Assembly (NCBI RefSeq): GCF_030684315.1
Contig: NC_081363.1
Coordinates: 47,877,540 to 47,941,539 of the forward strand
Direction of reading: 5' to 3'
Origin: Stegostoma tigrinum
Lineage: Eukaryota
Length of the DNA: 64,000 bases
The number at the start of each line of letters is the position of its first letter. Position 1 is the stretch's first letter. The notes beneath the pieces are model-generated. The model ran no database searches, was not told the origin of the DNA, and was given only the letters and a program-made list of their open reading frames with translations. This document shows positions 24,915 through 38,037 of the stretch, one piece after another. The translations under genes and the position numbers were made by a program.

Positions 24915-25420
24915 AGGTCTTTCATGGTATGAAGGTGAAGGCTGAATGTTGTCTAAGTCTTGCTGCATTTGGACATAGACGGCTTCAGTATCAGAGGAGT
25001 TGGCCTTGTGCAATAATCAGTAATCTTCCCCACTTTCGACTTTCTGACAGAGGGAATGTCACCAACGAGGGGTTGAGACGTTCTCACCCTGATTCCCATT
25101 GAGTCCAGTTTTACTGGGTCTCCTTAACGCCAGACTCTGCCAAAATGCTGACTTTGTGTCATGCATAGTCATTTTTGCCTCCCGGTCCCTTTGATCATGC
25201 TTGGACCAAAGCTGTATTGAGGTCAGGAGCTGAGTGGCTATAGCGGAACCCAAACTGTGCAGCAGTGAGCAGGTTATTGCTAAACAGGTGTTTATTGGCA
25301 CTGTCTACAACCTTCCTTCCCTTTGCTGATCATTGAGAGTAGACTGATAAGAGGTATCAAATTTGTTCTGCCTTTTATGGATAGCATCTACTTGAGCCAT
25401 TATTAACATTGCTGGGTACT
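24915..25420 (-). mobile_element. LINE (CR1/L2-group) RT fragment
   Basis: Minus translation MQQDLDNIQ; same family as 28330-29560 and 46300-48400. Confidence 0.6.
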
Positions 25421-25561
25421 TTTAAATGGAAGTTTGGAAGGATCTAAATGGAGTATATTGGTCCTTTAACACAGCAAATTGAATCAAAATTGAATTCAAC
25501 TGTGAGTATTCAACAAAGAGAAGTTATGTTTGTAAAATTAATTTATTTTTAATTTCTCCAG

Positions 25562-25711
25562 GTTCTGATTCTTGGTGAACCAAACCAATATAAGGTGGCT
25601 GTGAACAATCAACATTTGTTGGAGTTCCAGCGTCGTTATAAAACTTTGCAAGATGTTACCAAGGTTTCCATCTATGGTGAAATTGATCTGCATGCAATGT
25701 ACGTGATGTAA
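25562..25711 (+). CDS. lgals3: Galectin-3 exon 6, coding part
   Basis: ttctccag|GTT...TAA; VLILGEPNQYKVAVNNQHLLEFQRRYKTLQDVTKVSIYGEIDLHAMYVM*. Confidence 0.97.
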   Translation, partial: VLILGEPNQYKVAVNNQHLLEFQRRYKTLQDVTKVSIYGEIDLHAMYVM

Positions 25712-26414
25712 ATGCCAAAAAGTTATTTGAATATTATTACCAGCACTTCCTGAATATATATATATTTTTTTCTGTTCATTATTTACTATTGAAACTATTG
25801 GTTTGGATTGATTAGAAAGCTGTAACGTAATTGTGTATTCTGACGGATTCCAAAATTTAGAATGAATGCAATTCTGAGTGCAGTTTATTATTTGCAATTC
25901 TGCTGTCACTAAATTTGTCCGAGAATCCAGGAAGTTGTAAAAACAGGCCATCCAGACCGTTGAGTCAATGGCAGTAATTTCCCCAAATGAAATGCCTTAC
26001 CTTTCCCACTTTGTACTTGTTTCATTACACTTTAATGCTCCCTTTTTTCAAACAATGTCTAATTGCTCTCACAATAACTCATAGACTTTTCTTCATGATT
26101 ATGAAGGTCACATTTCACACAATACTTTTTTCCAACCCCTATTTTTCTTGTGTTTGCATTTAAACTTGTCTGCTCTAGTAATTCATCAACCAGTACCATC
26201 TATTTGTTATTACTTATCTTTATTGTTAACCCTATAAGACCTTGAACATCATATCTTAATAATTGGAAATGAAACCTGGCATCGTTTCAGTGAAATTATG
26301 CTGCATATGTTACCATACTTTCATATCTTTGCAACTACACACAGTACTCCACCTACAGCTTAAATAGCAATGCATTTATTCATCCAAAGTCCTCAGATTA
26401 TTGCAGCTAGAGCT

Positions 26415-26648
26415 GACTCACCCAGAGAGTGGTGGATATATGGAATGCTCTGCACCAGAAGGCAGTGGAGGCCAAATCTCTGGATACCTTCGAGAAAGAG
26501 ATGATGGAGCTCTTAAAGATAGTGGAATCAAGGGTTAGAGGGATAAGGCAGGAACAGGATACTGATTGTGGATGATCAGCCATGATCATAATGAATGGTG
26601 GTGCTGGCTCAAAGGGCTGAATGGCCTACTCCTGCACCTATTGTCTAC
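26415..26648 (+). mobile_element. CR1-type LINE 3' end
   Basis: cagagagtggtg...tggaatgctct...gggctgaatggcctactcctgcacctattgtcta. Confidence 0.85.
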
Positions 26649-28329
26649 TGACTCCACCACAGCTATTCTTTCCTGTAATGTGTGGAGCTTTGTAACTTTG
26701 TGTAGCCCATCATGGTACCATGACCGTAGTGTTTTCCAAATGTAGCATCATCCAAGTATGCCGTGTGTGATGGAATATCTGAGTGCAATAATGGCCCAGA
26801 ATTTCCAATGGCCAGGGAGCTCCTTTGACAGCAATATGTTAGTTGTACCAGGACCATGCAGAAATTCTGATGCAGGTAATTCTAAAGGGAGTGCCCTGGA
26901 AATTGAAAACTCTGATCAGTAAATCCTCTGTATCTGAAACGCTCCAAAAGGATGCTCATTGAATTCAGAATTCAGAGGGCTCCAACTCACGTAAGCTTAA
27001 TAGCTCCCCAGGAAAGTTTGGAGGATTAAAAAGTGATTCTAACTAATGGGTAACTATTAAACTGAATCCCTGACTAACCACTGCCACCCCCATCTACCCT
27101 GTCCAATCCTTATGGCCCCCTTCAATCTGACTTTCCACACAATCCCAGGCTGATCCTGCTGGACTGATAACCATCCTCTGTCGTTACGCAAACAACTTGA
27201 AGCATTCATCGAGTTATCTGGCATCCAGCTGTGCCTCAGCCAACTGGCACCTTGCCCCTAAACCTACCTTCAACTCAAATGCCTCTCAACGTCTCACCTA
27301 CCTGCCACTGTACCCCCTGAACCACCTGGCGGATGACCAAACCCCCACCCCCCACCCACCTATCACCTTCATATGTTAGCTACCCACTCTCTTACCCATC
27401 TCCCTCCCATCCCAAACATTTACCTTTCCTCTTTCACTGTCACAGGGACCTTGGGGCCTTGAATAACTTCATCTTGACACACAGCCATAAGCACAATAAG
27501 AAAGGAGTGAGTTTTGACTTGCCAGGCTGCTCCTATGCCAAGTGGATCTCTCTCTGGTTTCCACTGATGCATACATTTGGGAGTTGCCAGACTCTGAAAT
27601 CTAGCCAGATAATCCGTCAACAGATAAATAGGTGACAAATGGAGAAAAATGGTCAATCAAACCCAGGCCGACTCAATAATCTGAAATTCTGGGCCAGCTG
27701 TGTGACTTAAAATTGAGGACTTGATCATGTGTATAGATTGATCAAACTTTATGTTTGCTGATCTAATAAATAAAATTGAACAAAGTATATTGTGTGTGTA
27801 TGTGTTAACACCAAAGCTGGAGGAGTACACTGTCATTCTAATCCCACGACTGCACTTTCTCAAACAATCAAGCTAACCAATGAAATACCTTCTCTGTATC
27901 AGGTTTCAAACAAAATCTATCAAACAAGTTTCTTAATAAACATAATTATTGGTTTGTTTTCAAAACAGAACTTCCTCAATGAAGATACCATAATTGGTTC
28001 ACGTACATAGTCAGTAATGTAGTAGTTGAAACATATATCCCTCCTAAATGTTCCCAAAATACACACAAACCCAGACTTCTCAGGGGAAAAATAATTTCTA
28101 CACAGAGTTTGAGCAATGTGAGCATTTTTCAAAAAAGCCAATGGGTTGTTATCATTGAAGACAAAGGATAAAGCGTAGAGTGTTATAGATTCTGTAGCTG
28201 TGATGTTTTGGCGCTGAGACAAGTCAGTAATCATGCACTAAATTCAGCAAGTCTGGTAGTATCTGTGCCAGGAGAAACAAAGTTAATTCTTCAAATCTAT
28301 ATAACTCTTCTGTGTGCCTGAGAACTGGC

Positions 28330-29560
28330 TGTCCGTAGTATATGGTGCATTCAGTTGTTTTTTTGATATCACGGGGAGTGAATTGAATGGGCTCAAGACT
28401 GGCGTCTCTAATGCTGGAGGCCGCTGAAGTGGACCGCGCGGCACTTCTCTCTGAAGATTGTTGCAAGTATTTCAGCTTTATCTTTTGCACCAATGTTTTG
28501 GGCTGCCCCATCATTGGCATTTGGGAATATTTGTGGAGGCTCCTCCAGTGAGTTGTTTAATTGTCCACAACCATTCATGACTGGATGTGGGAGATCTGCA
28601 GAGCTTAGATCTGATCTGTTAGTTGTTAAATCGCTTAGCTCTGTTTATTATTAGCTGCTTATGCTGTGTGGCACACATGCAGGCTTGCTTTGTCGCTTCA
28701 CAGGATGACACCTCATTTCTAGGAATGCCATTTGCTTCTCCTGATATGCCTTCCTGAACTTTACATTGAGCCAGTGTTGATCCCCTGGCCCGATCATAAT
28801 CGTAAGGTGGGCGAAGTGTGGGGCCATGAGTTTGTAGATTGTGTTGATCTGCTGCTTTTATTGATGACCCACAGCACCTTAACGGATGCCCAGTTTTGAG
28901 TTGCTAGATTTGTTTGAGGTCTGTCCATTCAGCGTGATGTTAGTGCCACACAACATGATGGGGTGTATTCTCCTTGTGAAGAAAGGACTTTGTCTTTACA
29001 AAGACTGTGTCGTGGTCACTCGTAGCGATAGTGTCATGGACGGGTGCATCTGCAACCAGCAGATTGGTAAGGATGAAGTCTCCTCCTGCAGACCCAGTCT
29101 AGCAGTTATGTCCTTTAGGACTTACCCAGCTCAATCAGTAGTGCCTGTGCTGAGATGCTGTTGGTGGTGGACATTGAAATTCCCCATCCAGTGTACATCC
29201 TGTGCCCGTGTTGCTGTTTGAGCTACCTCTAGATGGGGTTCACCTGAAGCCAAATTGATTCCTCACCCAAGTGAAGATGCTAACTGGTAATCAGCAGGAG
29301 ATTTCCTTGTGTTTAACCTGATGGTGTGAGATTCCATGCTGTCGATGTTGAGCACTCGCAGGGCAACTTCTCCCTGACTGTAAACTCTTATGATCCTACC
29401 GCTGTGTTTGTCCTCTGTTTGGAAAGGATTGCAATATTGGTGTCTGGATCATTGTAAGGTACGATTCTGTGATTGTGACTATGTTATACCTTTACATGAC
29501 TGAGACAGCACTCCTAATTTTTGGCACTAGCCCTCCCTGATGTTGGTAAGGAGTAAGGAG
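28330..29560 (-). mobile_element. LINE (CR1/L2-group) endonuclease-linker region, degenerate
   Basis: Minus translation PIQFTPRDIKK; homologous to 46300-46560 (+). Confidence 0.6.
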
Positions 29561-30329
29561 GACATTTTGGGATCAGCAGGACTGAATTTACTTCTGTTTT
29601 TGTTCCTGAATTTACAGCTGCTGTTTCTGGTGCCTGAGTTGATGCCAAGTGGTCTGCCCATATTCGTTTTTTTAAGATACTTTTTAGCAATTTGATGCAT
29701 TTGAAAGGTTTGCGAGGTCATCTGAGGCATTGGAGAGCCAACTAGAGAATATGAACAAGATGTGGTTTTCATGGTCATCATTAAACTTTAATTCCAGATT
29801 TTTAAAAAGAAGTTAAAACTCTCAATCTGCTGTACTAGGGTCCATGCCAGATCCCTGGGCTGTTTCCTGGATTCCTTAACTGGCGACAATACCACAACAA
29901 CATCATTGAAAATAGCTGATTCCGCTTGCTAGTAGACAGGGAGCCTGCATGATCAGTGATTCTCAAGATCAGCACAGACCTGAATCTATTTGGCTTCAGC
30001 TCCTCACATAGATTTCCTGATGACATCTGCAGGATTTTTAAAATATGCTGTTCACAGATGCATCTCCCAAATGACTACTGCCATATTTAACAGATTCACT
30101 TTGCAATTGAGACCACTCAGAATGAAAGGGTCCTTGGATTTGCTGCTGTGGCTGGTTAAATCTCCCATGGATCTTTCAAACTTTAAACCGACGCAGCTGA
30201 AGAGACTTTGCAGACAAGTTAAAACCTGTAAACAGCCCCTTTCCAAATCTATTTTGAGTTAGGCCTCTTTCTCTCTCCCTCATCTTTCGTGGTCTGCATT
30301 GCTCCTAAAAGGCTGTGCATGTAACTGAA

Positions 30330-30422
30330 AAAATGGGTGATTTACTGGTGATGGTTAATAGATGAAAAATGGGTGATTTGGTGGTGATGGTTAATAGATG
30401 AAAAATGGGTGATTTGGTGGTG
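30330..30422 (+). repeat. 36-bp tandem repeat x ~2.6
   Basis: aaaaatgggtgatttggtggtgatggttaatagatg. Confidence 0.9.
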
Positions 30423-30486
30423 GGGAAAAGCAGATTGGTGTGTGCAATAGCACTTCCAGATACATTAAAAAATACCTTTTAAGCGT

Positions 30487-30600
30487 CTCTTGTGTCATTT
30501 TGGTAGTGCCCCTACCTCTGGCACAAAAGGCCTGGGTTCAAGTCTCACCTGCTCCAGAGGTGTGTAATAACATCTTTGAACCTTTAGATGGGAAAACATC
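30487..30600 (+). mobile_element. Short tRNA-derived SINE
   Basis: B-box gggttcaagtctc; homologous copies at 22798-23023. Confidence 0.55.
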
Positions 30601-31029
30601 TGTCCTTTCAGCATGTGGTTGCGAGCAACTACGATGCCCTACCACAAATACATGGGCAAGGTACCACAGAAGCCATGTGACACAGGAGTTGCACTTGAAC
30701 TGCCATTGGGTCCTTGAGTATGTGGTTCAGCTGCCTGGACAGATCAGAGGGCAGAGCCCTTTGATATTGCCAGAATGATAGATATCTATTGCACCTCACA
30801 TAGTAGCGTTGTGAGGAGGTTTGGAGCTGTATGAGGGTAAAGGTGAGGACAATTCTGTATCTTTCACAGGATGAGGAATGATGTGGTCAGTGTCTCTACA
30901 ACCTTGCACCTCGCTGCCAGCGATGCCTGGAACAGCTTCATATAAGCATGACTCAGCTAAGCTGAGGCTGTGCAACCATCTGGTTCTCAAATGTCGTACA
31001 TATTGAGCACACCACTCTCCAACTGTTAC

Positions 31030-31780
31030 AGTGGAAAAGAAGAGCTCGTGGAGCTAACAGGAAGCAGAAAGTATAAATAGGTCATTTTCTGGTTGGCAAG
31101 ATACAATGTGTGGTAAACCACACAACTTCTCACAACTTGGGTAGATGAATTGGATAAAGAGACCAGATGTATTACTGTTAAATTTGCTGATGATGCAAAG
31201 ATAGTTTGGAAAGTAGGTAGTGAAGAGCCCATCTCATTTGGCCTGACTAAATAAACCAGCAGCCTATTCAAATTTCAGACTCCAGCACCTGGTCTGCGGT
31301 TTCTGGGGTACAATGCTACATGTGCTGTTCCAGATTCTTTTCCAATGGTACTAAGCTGGCTGGGAGGGAGAAGGTGAGGATAGTCCAGAGATGCTGAAGT
31401 GTGATTGGATAAATTGAACGAATACACTGCATCTGCCATGCTTTTGCTCAAGGTAAGGTTATCCATGTTAGACCAAAAAAACAGGAAGGCAGATTATCTG
31501 AATGGCAACAGATTTCACTTGCCCCTTTTCCAATGAGATCCAGGTGTCCTTGTACACTAGTTGCTGAAAGCAAGCATGCAGCTGCAGCTGAAGGTGAACA
31601 GGCCAACTGTAATGTTGGCCTTCATAGCAAAAGGATTCAAGTACAGGAGCAGGAATGTCTTGCTGCATTTGTACAGCATCTTGGTGAGACCACATCTGGA
31701 GAACTGTGTGCATTTCTGGTCTCTTTATCTAAGGAAGGATGTTCTGGCTATGGAGGGAGTGCAACACTGGTTTACCTGAC
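31030..31780 (+). mobile_element. CR1-type LINE RT fragments
   Basis: KFADDAK-like motif at ~31180; ORF 31561..31779 LVRPHLENCVHFWS. Confidence 0.75.
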
Positions 31781-31782
31781 AG

Positions 31783-31917
31783 ATAAAAACCGAAAGAACT
31801 GTGGATGCTCTAAATCAGGAACAAAAACAGAAATTGCTGGAAATGCTCAGCAGGTCTGGCGGCATCAGTAAATTAAAAATCAGAGTTAACATTTCGGTTG
31901 ACCTTCCTCAGAACTGA
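31783..31917 (-). mobile_element. 3' terminus of an older Penelope family with degenerate hammerhead
   Basis: Minus CTGAGGAAGGTCAACCGAAATGTTAAC; homologous to 46971-47068. Confidence 0.65.
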
Positions 31918-32358
31918 GGATAGGTATCTGTTACCACAATACCTAACTGTCCTGTTAACGGCAGGGATCTCTGAAAATGTACTCTAGGATCTCTTAATTC
32001 CTTGACCCTTCTCAATATTGTTCTATTTATTGTGCATTTCCCAAATGCATAGCTTTTCACTTTTCCAGGTTGAAGTCCCATTTCACCACTTTTCTGTTCA
32101 TTCAAGCAAATCACATAAACCTGCAGCCAACAGTCATCATGGTAAGTCTTCGCTATCAACTACACACCCAATTTTTGAGTTTCTCAATAAATTTCCTATT
32201 TATGCTTCCAACATTTAACTCTAAATCATCAAGATATAGCACGACCTGCAAGACACCCAACACTGCCCTCTGGTACACCACTGGAATACAGAATAGGGAT
32301 ATAATGCTGAAACTATGTAGGACCTTTGCTCTGGTGATATGCTGGAAAAAACAGAAGA

Positions 32359-32573
32359 CATTCTCCCTGTGTCTGCGTGGGTTTGCTCCGGGTGCTCCGG
32401 TTTCCTCCCACAGTCCAAAGATGTGTAGGCTAGGTGGATCGGCCATGCTAAATTGCCAGTAGTGTTCAGGGGTGTGGGGGTTATAGGGGGATGGTTCTGG
32501 GTGGGATGCTTCAAGTGGTGGTGTGGACTTGTTGGGCCGAAGGGCCTGTTTCCAGATTGTAGGGAATCTAATC
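32359..32573 (+). mobile_element. HE1-type V-SINE, 5'-truncated
   Basis: V-domain ttctccctgtgtctgcgtgggtttgctccgggtgctccggtttcctcccacagtccaaagatgtg followed by CR1-like tail gggccgaagggcctgttt. Confidence 0.85.
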
Positions 32574-33246
32574 ACATCAGAGTGAGGGTGTTTGCAATTG
32601 AATACAGGACTCTATTCATCTTCTGTTGATGTCGTTGAACATCTTTCAACATTTTAGAGGGATATGGGCCAGGAGTAGGCAGGTGGGACTTGTTTAGTTT
32701 GGGATTATGTTCAGCATGGATCAGTTGAATCAAAGGGTCTGTTTCCATGCTGTATGACTCAATGACTCTATGACTTCATACCCGAGTTTCTAACTTGTTA
32801 ATGCAGATGTCAGGCTTGCTGAGCGTTTCCAATGTTCCTCATTGGCATTTCAGAATTTCAACACTTACAGATTATTTGCTGCTTTTTACAAATAAAAAAG
32901 TGAATTTCACACTTTGAAAATCTCCAACTTTAATAAATCTACTGCATTTAAAAACAAATTTACAATGAAGCACTGCAAAACAATCTGATCAATTTAAGAA
33001 TAGCCACAAGGTGGCGACATTTGCACATGGTTTAAAACTACACAGACTAGCCCGATTTTGGGCCGCCCTGTGAGCTGAAATTCAGCCGGCCTAATGATTA
33101 ATATTCAGCAACTAATGTTACAAAGTTTCATGGCAAGTTGGATTTCAAAATAACTACCAGTTCAGTGGCGTGGAGAGGGGGATTGGGCTTGGAATTTCAC
33201 TTCAGTTGTCCTGGTATTGTCAGCAACAGGCACATTCCTGCACATG

Positions 33247-33391
33247 AGATAATGGGAACTGCAGATGCTGGAGAATTCCAAGATAATAAAATGTGAGGCT
33301 GGATGAACACAGCAGGCCAAGCAGCATCTCAGGAGCACAAGAGATGCTGCTTGGCCTGCTGTGTTCATCCAGCCTCACATTTTATTATCTT
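33247..33391. mobile_element. Mini palindromic Penelope-end element E5
   Basis: Tail on the left; perfect 15-bp TSD acattcctgcacatg at 33232-33246 and 33392-33406. Confidence 0.92.
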
Positions 33392-36218
33392 ACATTCCTG
33401 CACATGCTGGCCACAGTCATGGAATATACAGTCTGAGTGGCCAACAGTCAGATCTGTAGGTCGATCACGAGTAGTCAGGCCAATCACATCTTGTCAATCG
33501 GGGAGCTGCAAACATAATGGCCAGGGGTCTGGGCGGTTACCTCTCAGAGGCTGCTCTTCAAAGTCTGTCAGAGGTCTGAGGTAAATACAGACCTGAGGGT
33601 CCATGCATTGATTGTTGAGGAGGGTTCAAGGGAGGGGCTACTAGGGGAAACTTGGGGATCACTGCCAAAATCAAATGGGCAGTCAGGTCTGTGGGCAGAT
33701 CAGCCATGATCTAATTGAATGACGAAGTAGTCTCGATGGGCTGAATGGCCTGTGTCTGTTCCTATGTCTCACGGCCTTAGGAGAAAGCAGAAGCATCAGT
33801 TCAGGTGCGACTAGGGGGCAGGCAGAACAGAATTGGAAGGTCTATGGAGGGAGGCATTATTGACAGTGAGGAGAGTGTAGAGGACAGGTTGAGCGTTATT
33901 AAGGTGTAACGTCTGACTTCGGGGACAGGGAGAACAGTTGGAGGCAATATTCAAAGTGATGGATCTCCAGATGAGGGAGAGGGTGGAAGTAGGTTGTTAG
34001 GGTGATGTGAGGTAAAGGAAATGAGGGAGGCTCAGGGAGTGGGAGTGGGAGCAGGGGAGGGACAAAGTAGTCAGGAACTGGTTGGAGACCAGGTGGGGCC
34101 TGTGCTGATGTACCCACTGCAATGTGAAATGCAGCTGGAACAGTGCCCAGGGTGGGTCAGTGTCACTTTGGTGAAAGCACAGGATCCACGTCTGCTGGAT
34201 GTTCGTTCATTAAAGGGCCAAAGCCTGAAGCAGTAATGTGCAAACCCCAGGTACATTTAATTTCCAAGAATTTCTTTGCCTATTTGTGATGAATATGGAG
34301 TTAATATGCTTAGTGTTTAAATGTGATTTGTGCCATGCCTTTCATCTTTGCAGGTGCAACATGGGCATCTCAATGAAATAGAAATTAGTAGCAATGACTT
34401 AAACAGAGGTGAATGGTGACAAAAGCTTTATCGTGTGTCATATGAGTACTACGATGAACTGTGCTAAATTCAATGAAAAGTCGAATAATTAAGGTTGGTC
34501 TGTGATAGGAAGGGGGTTGGTAGGCATTTCAATATTGATGTAACGTGTTGGTCATTCAGCTGTCACAGCATCTTCACAGAGCTGGGCGCACATGCTGTGA
34601 CCAGGATGATGGAGGAGCCAATGACAAACCTCTTGAATATGTGGTTCTGCTGCTTTAACTAGTCGAGGGATGAGGTTCCTCCGGTATAGTTTGCACAGAG
34701 TTTGTTGCATTGTTCTAGAGTTCTGCGCTCTGCATAATTGGAGCAGGCAAAGAGATAATGTGGTAAAGGCTAAAAGCGTGGGATTTTGGGACCAGTCTTC
34801 TGGACATTGGGGAGGGGGAAGCTCCCCTTGTGCATGACAGAGCTCAGCTGCATCTGTCTCCAGAAGCCAGAGAGAACTTGACTGGCACCCGGTTCTCATC
34901 CAGTAAATGAGAGCTGGATGCTGCAGATCATCATGTATGTAAATAATGTAAAATAGTCATTAGCCATAATGCCAGCATTTGGTTTGCATTGTGGATGTGG
35001 AACCTCTAACTGTTTTAGAGACTTGAACACGTAACACCTGCCTATTTATTTCCTTCCTCGTGAGTTTTCAAAGGCGCAGACACACGTTCTGGGTGAAGCC
35101 AAGGTCTTTTCCCAGGCGAGGGGAGTCCAAAAGGTGAGAGGAGAAAGATTTAAAAGGGACATAAGAAACACCTTTTCCTGCAGAGGGTGGTGTCTATATG
35201 GAACGAGCTGCCAGAGGAAGTGGTAAAGGCTGATACAATTACAACATTTGAAAGGTATCTGATTGCTTGCTGGAATATGATATTCTCTGTCAAGAGGCAA
35301 GTATCCAGTGGGTATTGAGCGCAGAGTAGCAGTGACTTTGAGAGAGTGCTTTAGATGGGATGGTAAACCAGATGACCAGGTTGTGAAACAGCAACTCGTG
35401 TGAAAGAATAAAATTGGATGTGAGAGGAAGTGTCAGCCAATACCCACTGTGTACCATGAGCGGCTTGGCTTTGTGGTTGCTGTGTCAGTGGACTGCAGGT
35501 GAGGATCAAGGATGGATTGCCAACACTTGTCTCGGTGCACAGCAGCCTTTTAAAGATGGTATGGTTGAGAGGGATGTCAATCCTTCAGTGGGTATCTGCT
35601 GAGTGATGTGTTGTTCTGGGAACTGTACAGGGTAAGGTGGGGGGTAGAATGTGGTAAGAGGCACGCCGTAGGGGCCAGGCAAGTAGTTAGTGAAGAACAG
35701 CATTTCCCAGGTCTTATGGTGAGAAACCATGCAAGAAGCACAATACGACTGACACTTCAACAAAAATAAATGTACAGTTCAGGTCAATGTTTCTATTTCT
35801 AAAACCCAGGATCCCAAATACACAGTTAACTACTTTGGTCACCTGCTCTGCCAACTTCAGAAATTTGTGTGCAAACAACTCCCGATCTCACTTTTCTCAG
35901 CTCCTCTTATACTATGATACTTCACATGTATTTTCTCTCCATGTTATTCCTGCCAAAACTAAGCAACTCACATTATTCAGTGAATTGCATCCAGCATTTG
36001 TCAGCACAGTCCACCTGCCTGTTTATTATTCTTCTGAAGTTTATTGCTACTTTTCTCACTGTTTACTGCACTACCAAGTCACTTGTTCCCTGGAAATTTT
36101 CGAGTCATGCTGCAACTCTGATACAATGGGAACTGCAGATGCTGGAGAATCCAAGATAACAAAGTGTGAAGCAGGATGAACACAGCAGGCCAAGCAGCTT
36201 CTCAGGAGCACAAAAGCT

Positions 36219-36246
36219 GACGTTTCGGGCCTAGACCCTTCATCAG
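36219..36246 (-). ncRNA. Minimal hammerhead ribozyme motif (E6 left arm)
   Basis: CTGATGA-AGGGTCTAGGCCC-GAAAC-GTC. Confidence 0.8.
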
Positions 36247-38009
36247 AGAGGGGGATGGGGAGAGGGAACTGGAATAAATAGGGAGAGAGGGGGAGGCGGA
36301 CCGAAGATGAATAGAGAAGATAGGTGGAGAGGAGAGTGTAGGTGGGGAGGTAGGGAGGGGATAGGTCAGTAGGGAAGATGGACAGGTCAAGGAGGCGGGA
36401 TGAGGTTAGTAGGTAGGAAATGGAGATGCAGCTTGGGGTGGGAGGAAGGGATGGGTGAGAGGAAGAACAGGTTAGGGAAGCAGGGACAGGCTGGGCTGGT
36501 TTTGGGATGCAGTGGGGGAGGGGGAAATTTTGAAGCTTGTGAAGTCCACATTGATACCATTGGGCTGCAGGGTTCCCAAGCGGAATATGAGTTGCAGTTC
36601 TTGCAACCTTCAGGTGGCATCATTGTGGCACTGCAGGAGGCCCATGATGGACATGTCGTCTGAGGAATGGGAGGGGGAGTTAACATGGTTCGCGACTGGG
36701 AGGTGCAGTTGTTTATTGTGAACCGAGTGTAGGTGTTCTGCAAAGCGGTCCCCAAGCCTCCGCTTGGTTTCCCCAATGTAGAGGAAGCCACACCGGGTAC
36801 AGTGGATACAGTATACCACATTGGCAGATGTGCAGGTGAACATCTGCTTGATATGGAAAGTCATCTTGGGGCCTGGGATGGGGGTGAGGGAGGAGGTGTG
36901 GGGGGCAAGTGTAGCACTTCCTGCGGTTGCAGAGGAAGGTGCCGGGTGTGGTGGGGTTGGAGGGGAGTGTGGTGCGGATAAGGGAGTCACCGAGAGAGTG
37001 GTTTGGCGTCAACACCCTTGACCGTGTCTCCCGCATTTCCCACAACACATCCCTCACACCCCGCCCCCCGCCACAACCGCCCGAAGAGGATCCCCCTCGT
37101 TCTCACACACCACCCCACCAACCTCCGGATACAACGCATCATCCTCCGACACTTCCACCATCTACAATTCGACCCCACCAACCAAGACATTTTTCCATCC
37201 CCACCCTTGTCTGCCTTCCGGAGAGACCACTCTCTCCGTGACTCGCTTGTCCGCTCCACGCTCCCCTCCAACCCCACCACACCCGGCACCTTCCCCTGCA
37301 ACCGCAGGAAGTGCTACACTTGCCCCCACACCTCCTCCCTCACCCCCATCCCAGGCCCCAAGATGTCTTTCCATATCAAGCAGATGTTCACTGCACATTT
37401 GCCAATGTGGTATACTGTATCCACTGTACCCGGTGTGGCTTCCTCTACATTGGGGAAACCAAGCGGAGGCTTGGGGAAACCGCTTTGCAGAACACCTCCG
37501 CTCGGTTTGCAATAAACAACTGCACCTCCCAGTTGCGAACCATTTCAACTCCCCCTCCCATTCCTTAAACGACATGTTCATCATGGGCCTCCTGCAGTGC
37601 CACAATGATGCCACCCGAAGGTTGCAGGAGCAGCAACTCATATTCTGCTTGGGAACCCTGCAGCCCAATGGTATCAATGTGGACTTCACAAGCTTCAAAT
37701 TCTCCCCTCGCTCCACTGCATCCCAAAACCAGCCCAGCTCGTCCCTGCCTCCCTAACCTGTTCTTCCTCTCACCCATCCCTTCCTCCCACCTCAAGCCGC
37801 ACCTCCATTTCCTACCTACTAACCTCATCCCACCCCCTTGACCTGTCCGTCCTCCCCGGACTGACCTATCCCCTCCCTACCTCCCCACCTATACTCTCCT
37901 CTCCACCTATCTTCTCCTCTATTCATCTTCGGTCCGCCTCCCCCTCTCTCCCTATTTATTTCAGAACCCCCTCCCTATTTATTTCAGAACCCCCTCCCCA
38001 TCCCCTTCT

Positions 38010-38037
38010 CTGATGAAGGGTCTAGGCCCGAAACGTC
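38010..38037 (+). ncRNA. Minimal hammerhead ribozyme motif (E6 right arm)
   Basis: CTGATGA-AGGGTCTAGGCCC-GAAAC-GTC. Confidence 0.8.

Noticed and set aside
25712-26400. Poly(A) signal for lgals3
   Set aside because: No canonical AATAAA seen close to the stop, so the 3' end cannot be placed from sequence alone
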